Shown here piece after piece: positions 18,695-27,003 of a stretch of 64,000 bases of DNA. The translations under genes and the position numbers were made by a program. The DNA is from a virus. The notes below the pieces were generated by a model. It had not been told where the DNA came from. It did not search any database and saw only the letters and a program-made list of their open reading frames with translations. Each line of letters opens with the position of its first letter. Position 1 is the first letter of the stretch. The stretch is taken from the IMG/VR virus record IMGVR_UViG_3300045988_096244; one strand, given 5' to 3'.

Positions 18695-18934
18695 ATGCCA
18701 TAAGATTACGAATATGTAAACCATCCTAAACATTATAATCACTACAGTGTAGAAGTTATAGATATGATGGTATCTATCTATGGAATAGAAGCAACTGCTA
18801 CCTGGTGTGAGATGCCTGCTTTCAAATATCGCATGAGAGTAGGTACCAAACCTGACAATCCTGTAGAACAGGACTTGGATAAAGAGAGATGGTACCTTAA
18901 CAAGGCAAAAGAATTAAGGAGTAAGCTTGAGTAA
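18695..18934 (+). pseudogene. DUF3310-like gene with in-frame TAA at codon 3
   Basis: ATG CCA TAA (18701-18703) is followed in the same frame by DYEYVNHPKHYNHYSVEVIDMMVSIYG...AFKYRMRVGTKPDNPVEQDLDKERWYL. By eye this is the DUF3310 pattern (hPxHY....e.id.i....KY..R.g.K.....DL.KA.wY). The next in-frame ATG is at 18764. Confidence 0.5.
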
Positions 18935-18942
18935 AATAAAAG

Positions 18943-18977
18943 GGACAGTATATTGTGAAAGGTATACTGTCCTTCTT
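18943..18977 (+). terminator. rho-independent terminator
   Basis: Stem ggacagtata (18943-18952) pairs with tatactgtcc (18963-18972), followed by ttctt. Confidence 0.55.
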
Positions 18978-19063
18978 GTCGAAGAAGCTGAAGAGATATC
19001 TACAGAGATATGGTTTACTAAAGAACTATTGCATACTACAAATATTTATATTAAATACCACAG

Positions 19064-20632
19064 ATGGAGTCAAGATATGCTATACTAAAGAGTTTCTCAC
19101 AAGTCAAGCGGCTTGTGAAAGCTTGTTTAAGAACTGGCCTAGCTTCCGTCGACTTCGAGACAAATGCTGAAGGTATCTATAACAAATCTTTCAAACCAAC
19201 CATCCTATCAGTAACTTTTCAGGTAGGTTCTGGTGTATCAATCCCTTTATGTCATCATGAATATAACAACCCTCATTGGAAACGTTGGTTAAAGTATTTT
19301 GGTAGGCATGTGATTGAAAATCCTAAAATAACTAAAGTAGGATGGAATCTGAAGTTTGACCTTCAGATATTCGAGTTATTTGGGATATATGTTAGAGGTA
19401 CTGTTCTGGACGGAATGCTTATGAAGTATCTCCTAAATGAGGAGAAACCTAATGACCTGAAATCAATGGTTAGAAGGTATCTACCAGAACACGGAGATTA
19501 CGAAAAGTCGGATAAGTTTGATAAGATACCATGGGACAAGAAACCATTGGAACCCTTATGCAAATACGGTTGCCAGGATACGGATTATACCTTAAGATTA
19601 TCTATGTTCTTTGAGAGCAAGTTAATTGAGATAGGTATGTATCCATTATTTAGGCATTTGATAATGCCAGCATCCAGGGTACTCCAACATGCAGAGAAAA
19701 CTGGGTTATACCTTGATAGGGAATTCAATCAGGAATTGCTTAAATCCTACAAGCCAAAGATTGACCAAGCAACTGCTAATTGCTTGAATCTTCCCAGAGT
19801 AAAGAAATTCTCTAGATGGCTTACCGAACAGAGAATAAGCAAATACCTGGAGTCCATAGAAAGTGAACTTGAAGATATGGATTATAGAGACCCTGCAAAT
19901 AAGAGGAAGATAGCAAGTAGGGAACAAAAGATATCCAATATCAGGGCTGGAGTATTTACAACTAAGAAAGAACTTGAATTAACTCGAGAAGTAAACTTGG
20001 GCAGTCCTATTGATTTACCTTTATTATTGTACTCTAAAAAGGGATTCAACTTCCCGGTTATCAAGTATACTAAGGATAAGAAAACAAATAGGGATACTGA
20101 TAAACCCAGTACCGATGAAGACACATTGGTAGAACTTCGGTTAACGGTTAAAGACCCTGAAAGTCCCAAAGCAATCTTCCTGGATAATCTTCTCGAGTTG
20201 AGAGGGTTAAAGAAAATGTATACAACCTATATTGAGGGATGGCATGATAAAGTTCAGGATGATGACAGGATTCACGGGCAATTCAAAATCATTGGTACTA
20301 CTTCTGGCCGTTTAAGTTGCATAAGTGGAGATACTAAAGTATTAACCCAGTATGGAGAAATACCCATTATAGATATTAAAGATTGGATTGGTGAAGGGTT
20401 GTGTGCCATGACTAAAGAGGGGTGGCAATTAATAGAAAACTTCATATATAAGGGTGTTAATGATATGTATGAAGTAACACTTGAGGATGGTACTTCTATT
20501 CAATGTACTTTAGACCATAAGTTTATAACCAATCAGGGGACTAAAAGATTAGGGGAAATTTACAATAAATACCGAAATACTATTGATTCTAAAGTTAAAC
20601 TTTTAAGATATGTCCCAGACCACGAACAATAG
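19064..20632 (+). CDS. family-A DNA polymerase, N-terminal fragment (3'-5' exonuclease + N-part of the polymerase domain) fused to the split-intein N half
   Basis: Exo I motif VDFETN. The sequence runs to ...IIGTTSGRLS, then Cys at 20318 starts CISGDTKVL...TLDHKF (Hint blocks A and B). The frame stops 104 codons after that Cys. Confidence 0.8.
   Translation: MESRYAILKSFSQVKRLVKACLRTGLASVDFETNAEGIYNKSFKPTILSVTFQVGSGVSIPLCHHEYNNPHWKRWLKYFGRHVIENPKITKVGWNLKFDLQIFELFGIYVRGTVLDGMLMKYLLNEEKPNDLKSMVRRYLPEHGDYEKSDKFDKIPWDKKPLEPLCKYGCQDTDYTLRLSMFFESKLIEIGMYPLFRHLIMPASRVLQHAEKTGLYLDREFNQELLKSYKPKIDQATANCLNLPRVKKFSRWLTEQRISKYLESIESELEDMDYRDPANKRKIASREQKISNIRAGVFTTKKELELTREVNLGSPIDLPLLLYSKKGFNFPVIKYTKDKKTNRDTDKPSTDEDTLVELRLTVKDPESPKAIFLDNLLELRGLKKMYTTYIEGWHDKVQDDDRIHGQFKIIGTTSGRLSCISGDTKVLTQYGEIPIIDIKDWIGEGLCAMTKEGWQLIENFIYKGVNDMYEVTLEDGTSIQCTLDHKFITNQGTKRLGEIYNKYRNTIDSKVKLLRYVPDHEQ
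20318..20629 (+). mobile_element. split intein, N-terminal half (IntN, 104 aa)
   Basis: CISGDTKVLTQYGEIPIIDIKDW (block A) and CTLDHKFITNQG (block B, TxxH), terminated by the TAG at 20630. Confidence 0.75.
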
Positions 20633-21590
20633 GCAAAAGGTATTTGAAGATAAATCTACTAGGGGTCCAAGGAGAAAATTAAAGCTAATAATAGAGGATG
20701 GTAAAAGGTATATAAAGAAAGAAGATCTTTTACATTACTTCTTTCAAGAGAATTGGAATATAGAAGACTTCAATTATCATTTTGGTATTGGCCATAGAAT
20801 AGTGAGAGGTTCTCTATATAAATGGTTTACTAGAGAGGAGATAGAGGAATCCCATAGAAAGAAGATTGCTAATAAACAAAGGGGTAGTAACAATTCTAAT
20901 AGGGTTAATTGGTATAAGCCTCGTAAGCTTATACCTTTATTGGATTTAGAGGAAGCTATTAAAAAATCTACTTGTAAACGGGATTTGAAAGAAAGATTAC
21001 AATTAACTACTTGGGAATTGTCTTCTATACAGCAATTCTATAATTTTAAGCTCCCTAATAAATCTTCTTTACTCAATACTAAACTCCAGTATTCTCTTTC
21101 TAAAGAAGATGTAAAACTCTTATGTAAAGTTATTACAGGAATGCAATTGGAAGACCTATTTTTCTCTAATACTCCTCAAGCTATCTACAAAATAGATTGT
21201 CTTGTTTGGGAACTTAAGAAGATTAACCGCTCTCTTAGAAGAGCTTTTAGGAAACCTATAGTAGCTCAGGGTATTAAGTTTTCTACTAATTTGATAGAAT
21301 ATAAATTCCACAAAGCTTTAGAAAAAATGGGTATAGAACATGAAATACAGTATTACATACCCGAACATAATATACACCTAGACTTTTTAATACAAGGTCA
21401 CTACAACTTAGAATTAGATGGAAATTTACATGAAAAAGAAGCAGATATGGATAGAGACTATGTTCTCAAATCCCTTGGCTATAAAGTTATACGATTAGAT
21501 TTAAAAACCCTTGGTATCACTAGATTTTCAAAAGAAAAGGAGGTAAGAAAATGTATAAAGAAGTTGGTATTACCCAAGTTAAATTCGTAG
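20610..21590 (+). CDS. free-standing Vsr/DUF559-like (PD-(D/E)XK) endonuclease lodged between the intein halves
   Basis: It is in a different phase from both polymerase fragments and overlaps them by 23 and 40 nt. By eye, the C-terminus IEHEIQYYIPEHNIHLDFLIQGHYNLELDGNLHEKEADMDRDYVLKSLGYKVIRLD matches the DUF559/Vsr pattern (..Df....vvE.DG..H....D..R...L...G..vlR). Confidence 0.65.
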   Translation: MSQTTNNRQKVFEDKSTRGPRRKLKLIIEDGKRYIKKEDLLHYFFQENWNIEDFNYHFGIGHRIVRGSLYKWFTREEIEESHRKKIANKQRGSNNSNRVNWYKPRKLIPLLDLEEAIKKSTCKRDLKERLQLTTWELSSIQQFYNFKLPNKSSLLNTKLQYSLSKEDVKLLCKVITGMQLEDLFFSNTPQAIYKIDCLVWELKKINRSLRRAFRKPIVAQGIKFSTNLIEYKFHKALEKMGIEHEIQYYIPEHNIHLDFLIQGHYNLELDGNLHEKEADMDRDYVLKSLGYKVIRLDLKTLGITRFSKEKEVRKCIKKLVLPKLNS

Positions 21591-21664
21591 GTAGAAATGG
21601 GGTATATGATTTATCAGTTATGAACTGTCATCAATTTGTGGCTAATAATATCTTAAATCACAAT
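21551..21664 (+). mobile_element. split intein, C-terminal half (IntC, 38 aa)
   Basis: MYKEVGITQVKFVGRNGVYDLSVMNCHQFVANNILNHN ends in the H-N splice junction and is followed by Ser. It has its own ATG, preceded by AAGGAGGT at 21537-21544. Confidence 0.75.
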
Positions 21665-22699
21665 TCTAGTGAACCTAACCTTCAGCAAATACCTAAAACC
21701 TCCGTAGATGCTAACATAAAGAAACAGTTAGTAGCTCCTAAAGGAAAGTTATATATGGCACTTGACTACTCTCAGGCAGAGTTAAGAATCATGGCTCACC
21801 TTTCCGGGGATGAAACTTATCTCGAGGCTTTTGCAAAGGGTCAGGACCCTCACCTTGCTATTGCAGCAAAGAAGTATGGTGTATCGTACGATGAAGCAAA
21901 CCAAGCTTATAGTGACGAGCAACATCCAGATTACAAGGTTTGGAAGAACAGGAGAAAGCAGGCAAAGCAGATATGTTTTGGTATTATCTATGGTATTCAA
22001 AAGAAACTACTTGCAGTTAAACTGTCTGACCCAAAAGCGGGTATCATTGTAACACCCGATGAAGCTCAACAGCAATTGAATGAGTTCTTCCAGGAACACC
22101 CCAAGATTAAGAAGTTCATGATTAACCAGGAGAAGGTACTGATTGAGCATGGATATATTAAATCTCTGTTTGGTAGGAAGAGAAGGTTACCACAAGTATA
22201 TTCTGACAATGAGCAAGAGGCAGCATACGCAGTAAGATTATCAGTTAACATGCCATGTCAATCAGCTGCATCTGATATGACTCTGTTTGCATCCATACTC
22301 AATTATTGGAAAATACGACAAGGTATACTTCCACCACTGCTTGAAACCTGTACAGTACATGATGCCGTTTATTACTTGGCAGACCCTGAGTATATAAATA
22401 TATTCACGGTGTACAATATATGGGAGACTTGCCGTAACCCAAGTACAAAAGAGTATTTCAAATTTGAAATCAACGATGTAGATATGTCAATGGACTTTAC
22501 TATCGGACGTTCGATGGCTGAGGAGTTGCCATATATACCTGGATATGACTATAGAAAAATGCTTCAACCCGATTTTAATGTGGAGAAGTATTTGGAAGAA
22601 CACCGTAAGTGGAAAGACTTATCCATCAAGGAGTTCCCCAAGAAGTTCCCCGAATACTTTAAGAAGGATTACTCATGGAGAAAGGAAAAGGTGGTATAG
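21551..22699 (+). CDS. family-A DNA polymerase, C-terminal fragment (IntC + palm/fingers)
   Basis: After IntC come SSEPNLQQIP, LDYSQAELRIMAHLSGD (motif A), RRKQAKQICFGIIYG (motif B) and VHDAVYY (motif C). It is in the same phase as 19064..20632. Confidence 0.8.
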   Translation: MYKEVGITQVKFVGRNGVYDLSVMNCHQFVANNILNHNSSEPNLQQIPKTSVDANIKKQLVAPKGKLYMALDYSQAELRIMAHLSGDETYLEAFAKGQDPHLAIAAKKYGVSYDEANQAYSDEQHPDYKVWKNRRKQAKQICFGIIYGIQKKLLAVKLSDPKAGIIVTPDEAQQQLNEFFQEHPKIKKFMINQEKVLIEHGYIKSLFGRKRRLPQVYSDNEQEAAYAVRLSVNMPCQSAASDMTLFASILNYWKIRQGILPPLLETCTVHDAVYYLADPEYINIFTVYNIWETCRNPSTKEYFKFEINDVDMSMDFTIGRSMAEELPYIPGYDYRKMLQPDFNVEKYLEEHRKWKDLSIKEFPKKFPEYFKKDYSWRKEKVV

Positions 22700-23136
22700 T
22701 ACGTCTATCCCAGATTAAGAAAAATACTCTGAAGATTCTGTTTCAAGGTAAAACCTATGAGATTGATTTAGACCAGGAACTCATGATTGATGAGAACCTG
22801 GTCAATCAGTCTTTACGTAGAAGTCCATCCAATTACGCTTTATTGGTAATGGTAAGGGATAGGCTTATATATAAAAGGGATAAACTTGAAAAGGCCAAGG
22901 ACCAAGCTTATAGCAAGGCATGGCTTTACTACAAGGAGTCAGGTAACATCAACAACGATGCTGCAGCACATAAAGCTGAAAATAACCAAGCCTATCAAGG
23001 GGCTTTGAAAAGGTATATGAAGGCTGAGTATAATGCAAGTAAGTTTATAAGCATCTGCAAAGCCTATGAATCAAGGGAAAATATATTAAGAACCATAAGT
23101 GCGAACATAAGGGTACAAGATGGATTTAAGAGATAA
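22675..23136 (+). CDS. hypothetical protein
   Basis: Track ORF overlapping the polymerase 3' end by 25 nt. No motif recognised. Confidence 0.4.
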   Translation: MEKGKGGIVRLSQIKKNTLKILFQGKTYEIDLDQELMIDENLVNQSLRRSPSNYALLVMVRDRLIYKRDKLEKAKDQAYSKAWLYYKESGNINNDAAAHKAENNQAYQGALKRYMKAEYNASKFISICKAYESRENILRTISANIRVQDGFKR

Positions 23137-23660
23137 CCATCCCTATTTAATAGGGTATCATATTTCTAATGTAGGTAAAATATACAGTAGAGTAAAGGGT
23201 TATTGGAGAGAATTAACTCCTCGTATCAATAGAGAGGGATATCTTAGGATAAAATTAAATGGTAAGCAATACTCAATACATAAATTAGTTGCTGAAGCTT
23301 ATATACCTAATTCGGAAAATAAGCCCCTGTGTATGTCATAAGGATAACAATAAGCTAAACAATTCGGTTGATAACTTGTATTGGGGAACACAAAAGGAGA
23401 ACTTAGAACAAATGATTAAAGACGGTAGGAGTTTGAAAGGTAGAAGAAACCCTATGTGGAAAAATCATTATAATTCTGGTTATGGTAGATATGGAGAAAA
23501 AGCAACAGCTAGTAAACTATCAAACAAAGATAGAATAAGTATAGTTAAAAGTCTAAACTCGGGTATAAGTATAGATACTTTATCCAAAAGATACAAAGTA
23601 TCAAGAGCCTGTATTAGAAGTCAAATAAGAATAGTGTCAAACTTACGTAAACAACAATAA
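23120..23660 (+). pseudogene. HNH homing endonuclease paralog 2, split by a +1 frameshift
   Basis: ORFs 23120..23341 and 23289..23660 together rebuild ...HKLVAEAYIPNSENKP|CVCHKDNNKLNNSVDNLYWGTQKEN. The break is a CCCC run (23324-23327) where paralog 1 has CCC. Confidence 0.7.
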
Positions 23661-23662
23661 TT

Positions 23663-24037
23663 ATGTCAAAAGTAGAATTAAACCTTATCTCGGTAGAAGA
23701 AGCAAGGTATTTGAACAGTAAACTTGAGGGATATGGAACACCCACGGGAGGCAGGGTACTGATAGTATCACCGATTGTAACGGCTGATACAAAAACTAAA
23801 GGTGGACTCTATATCCCTCAGGAACACGATAAAGAAACCGTTCCCCGTAAAGGAGTAGTGATTCAAATGAGTTACATGACTCCCGAACAGGAAATAGATT
23901 ATCCAGGTCTTCAGGTAGGTGCTGTGGTTACATACGGATTATATGCCGGCAAAGAGCTAGACGTAGTAGACCTTCCTAACCAGGTAACAACTATATTATC
24001 TCTGAATGAGATACTTTACATAGAAACCAATAAATAA
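23663..24037 (+). CDS. GroES-like co-chaperonin (gp31 analogue)
   Basis: By eye, RVLIVSPIVTADTKTKGGLYIPQEHDKETVPRKGVVIQMS...GAVVTYGLYAGKEL parallels the GroES layout (mobile loop, GG-hydrophobic-P, later G.V....yaG.e). Confidence 0.55.
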   Translation: MSKVELNLISVEEARYLNSKLEGYGTPTGGRVLIVSPIVTADTKTKGGLYIPQEHDKETVPRKGVVIQMSYMTPEQEIDYPGLQVGAVVTYGLYAGKELDVVDLPNQVTTILSLNEILYIETNK

Positions 24038-24041
24038 AGCC

Positions 24042-24827
24042 ATGAAAGAAGAGAAAAAAAAGAAAAAAGGTAGTGTAATGACTACTCGGGAAAAGATGCT
24101 TGCCAGGAAAAAGGAACTGGAAAAGCGAAGCAGTGGTGGAGGTATTATCTACCCGAAAGAGGGAACTACACGAGTACGTATCAAATCTCGTGGTGCAGAT
24201 GAAGAGCTGGGTATAGAAATTGTACAGTTCTACCTGGGACCGAAAGAGGGAGGTATCATTTCTCCGGCCACTTTCGACGAACCATGTCCTTTCATGGAGA
24301 AGTTCCAGGAGCTCAAGAACTCAGATGACCCAGATGACAAGGCACTGGCATCGAAGTTGGTACCGAAGAGAAAGTATCTCATAGGGGTACTCGGTTACAA
24401 AGATACCAAGGGTAAGGAGATTGACCCTGACAGGGTTGACAAACCCATGATGGTACCACGCTCTGTATATCAGGATATTATCGACCTTTATCTCGACGAA
24501 GAGGATTGGGGCGATATGACTGACCCAATCGAAGGATACGATGTCAAGATTACCCGTACCGGCTCTGGTAAGAATGATACCAGTTATTCTGTATCACCTT
24601 GCCAGAAAACCAAGCTGGACAAGAAGTATCAGGGAGAGGTCGACCTGGAGAAAGCAATCCGTGCAAACATTCTTTCCTATGAGGAGCTCGAGGAGAAGCT
24701 GGCTTCATTCCTTAACGAAGATAGGGATGACGATGAAGAGGATGAAGCTCCCCGCAAGAAATCTTCCAAAAGCAAGCTAGCGGACAAGAAGGAGAAAAAG
24801 AGAAAGAAATATAAGGGTGATATCTAA
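24042..24827 (+). CDS. single-stranded DNA-binding protein (gp32-like), charged C-terminal tail
   Basis: TTRVRIKS...PCPFMEKF...KRKYLIGVLGY...PIEGYDVKITRTGSGKNDTSYSVS resembles the gp32-type OB-fold pattern. It has an acidic then basic tail and sits between the chaperonin and the recombinase. Confidence 0.45.
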   Translation: MKEEKKKKKGSVMTTREKMLARKKELEKRSSGGGIIYPKEGTTRVRIKSRGADEELGIEIVQFYLGPKEGGIISPATFDEPCPFMEKFQELKNSDDPDDKALASKLVPKRKYLIGVLGYKDTKGKEIDPDRVDKPMMVPRSVYQDIIDLYLDEEDWGDMTDPIEGYDVKITRTGSGKNDTSYSVSPCQKTKLDKKYQGEVDLEKAIRANILSYEELEEKLASFLNEDRDDDEEDEAPRKKSSKSKLADKKEKKRKKYKGDI

Positions 24828-24853
24828 AATCTCTGGATATATACCTAAAGCAG

Positions 24854-24883
24854 GAGTGAGGTATAGTTATACCCCACTCTTTT
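24854..24883 (+). terminator. rho-independent terminator
   Basis: Stem gagtgaggtata (24854-24865) pairs with tataccccactc (24868-24879) with one mismatch, followed by tttt. Confidence 0.5.
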
Positions 24884-24902
24884 CATATAATAAATAATAA
24901 TT

Positions 24903-26093
24903 ATGGCACGAAAGGCAAGAGCTCCTAAAAAATCCGGAGGTCATAAATTCAAAATACCAACACAAAACGAGATACTCAAGAAATATGGGTCATCTCTCCA
25001 ATTCAAAGCCAGTACCATAAATCATCACGGGTTATGGATTCCTTCAACCTTCTTTGCTCTCAATTATCAGATGGGTGGTGGTGTACCATTCGGAAAGATA
25101 ATCGAAATAATGGGAGAGGAATCATCGGGTAAATCTCTGATAGCATATAACTTTGCGTATGCAACTCAGCAACTCGGGGGTCATGTAATCTGGGTGGATG
25201 CAGAACAAGCTTGGATGAACTCATGGGCTGAAGAGAATGGTCTGGACCCTGAAAGGGTAACAGTACTGAACGACACCCGAATAGAAACCATATCTGATGC
25301 TATAGCAGACTTGGCAATCTATTGGAGGTCAAAACTCACTAACAACGAACCTATTATCGTTGTGATAGACTCTATAGCAGCCTTGGATTCAATAGAAGCC
25401 ATAGATGCAAAGATGGCTGACGGTAAAGCCGAAATGGGTAACCGAGCAAAACAGATATACAAGATGTTCCGAATCAGGAATGAACTGTTCTATCGGTTGG
25501 GAGTAACTATGGTATGTATCAACCAATTACGTAGTAAACTGGGAGCAGGCTTCGGTCAAGATACAAGTACTACTCCCGGAGGTGCAGCACTCAAGTTCTA
25601 TGCTTCAATACGGTTGGCTTTCTATTCGGGTAAGACTCTGAAGATTAAGTATAAGGGTAAAGAAAGACGGGCAGGTAAATATGTAACTGTCCAAATGAAA
25701 AAGAATAAGGTATCTCCCCCAAGAGAAACCATATCTAAGGCCCCTATATATTTCAATCCAAAATATCACGAGGTAGGGTTTGACAGATATTTCTGGTTGG
25801 AAGAGTCACTGGAAGATGCGGGTGTAATTGAAAAACTCGGTGGTGGAACATATATGTTCGAGGGGAGTAAGTTATGCCGAGGAGAAGATGCCTTCCACAA
25901 GTTGATTGAAGAGGATGCTGAACTTCGAAAGAAACTTCTTAAGGCTGCAGGTATAAATACTATAGGAACAACAAAACGCAAGATAAAGAAGATTGCACGA
26001 AACATGTTCCCTGTTGATGCAGACTTAGACTATGAATCTCAAATAGAATCTGATGATACAGAAGAAGACGAATACATCCCGGACGAGGGGTAG
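24903..26093 (+). CDS. RecA/UvsX-like recombinase
   Basis: Walker A GEESSGKS and Walker B IIVVIDSIAAL, with a RecA-like core and an acidic C-terminus. Confidence 0.75.
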   Translation: MARKARAPKKSGGHKFKIPTQNEILKKYGSSLQFKASTINHHGLWIPSTFFALNYQMGGGVPFGKIIEIMGEESSGKSLIAYNFAYATQQLGGHVIWVDAEQAWMNSWAEENGLDPERVTVLNDTRIETISDAIADLAIYWRSKLTNNEPIIVVIDSIAALDSIEAIDAKMADGKAEMGNRAKQIYKMFRIRNELFYRLGVTMVCINQLRSKLGAGFGQDTSTTPGGAALKFYASIRLAFYSGKTLKIKYKGKERRAGKYVTVQMKKNKVSPPRETISKAPIYFNPKYHEVGFDRYFWLEESLEDAGVIEKLGGGTYMFEGSKLCRGEDAFHKLIEEDAELRKKLLKAAGINTIGTTKRKIKKIARNMFPVDADLDYESQIESDDTEEDEYIPDEG

Positions 26094-26103
26094 AAAGCCG
26101 AGG

Positions 26104-27003
26104 ATGCTTATGGTAGTGGACGGGAGTAACCTTGCTCACCGTTCATACCATAAGTTTAAGAATCTTAAAGCTAATAACGGAGCTGGTACCGGATTAGTAT
26201 ATGGATTCTTAAGAATACTCGGTTCATACCTTGTAAGGTTTAAACCAAGTCACGTGGTAATAACATTTGACACTCAGAAGAGTAAAGAGTCTAACTTCCG
26301 TAATGAATTACTTGAAGGTTACAAAGCTCACCGGAGTAAGATAAGTATGGATTATGAAGACTTCAATAAACAGTTAGCTCTGTTGAGAAGGATTTTAAGA
26401 CTACTCGGGGTTCAGATGATTCTAGATAAGAAAGGGTTAGGACATGAATCAGATGACTACATTGCCTGGCTGGCTATAAACCATCCTGGTAAATCTCTCA
26501 TAATATCTTCAGATAAGGACTTCTGTCAATTACTTGACAAACGAGTGAAGATATTCAATCCCAACAAAGAGACACTAATCCACAATCAAACCTGCAAGGA
26601 GATTATGGGTTATTCTGCTGAGGAATGCGTTGATTACCTAATACTTAACGGAGATAAGTCTGATGATATCCCGGGTTACTACGGTATGGGTGAAGTGAAG
26701 ACCAAAGCTTTCCTGAACCAATTCGGGAGTATAGCTGACTTCATAGATGCAAGAGGAGCAGAGTTTAAGGGCATAGAAAGGGACCAGCTAGAAGAGTTAT
26801 ATAAGAAGAACAAGCCTCTTATAGATTTGAAAGCTGCTTTAACTCTATACCCGATAAAGAAAGTCCCTTGGGTAAAAGGATGTACTAATAATATAAGGAA
26901 AGATAGGTTATTCATGGTCCTCGATAAGTTCAATCTGAGGTCATTCAAGATACCTGACTTTTTGGAACCTTTCAAAAAACTACAAACGTATGTACAACGG
27001 TAA
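26104..27003 (+). CDS. 5'-3' exonuclease / flap endonuclease (FEN, RNase H-like)
   Basis: Start moved to ATG 26104 (MLMVVDGSNLAHRSYH), just after the recombinase stop. The PIN-like N-terminal motif, SSDKDFCQL and GDKSDDIPG are typical of Pol I-type 5' nucleases. Confidence 0.75.
   Translation: MLMVVDGSNLAHRSYHKFKNLKANNGAGTGLVYGFLRILGSYLVRFKPSHVVITFDTQKSKESNFRNELLEGYKAHRSKISMDYEDFNKQLALLRRILRLLGVQMILDKKGLGHESDDYIAWLAINHPGKSLIISSDKDFCQLLDKRVKIFNPNKETLIHNQTCKEIMGYSAEECVDYLILNGDKSDDIPGYYGMGEVKTKAFLNQFGSIADFIDARGAEFKGIERDQLEELYKKNKPLIDLKAALTLYPIKKVPWVKGCTNNIRKDRLFMVLDKFNLRSFKIPDFLEPFKKLQTYVQR

Noticed and set aside
18955-19170. 71-aa GTG-initiated ORF upstream of and overlapping the polymerase start
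   Set aside because: It starts inside the terminator hairpin loop at 18943-18972 and overlaps the well-supported polymerase ORF in another frame.
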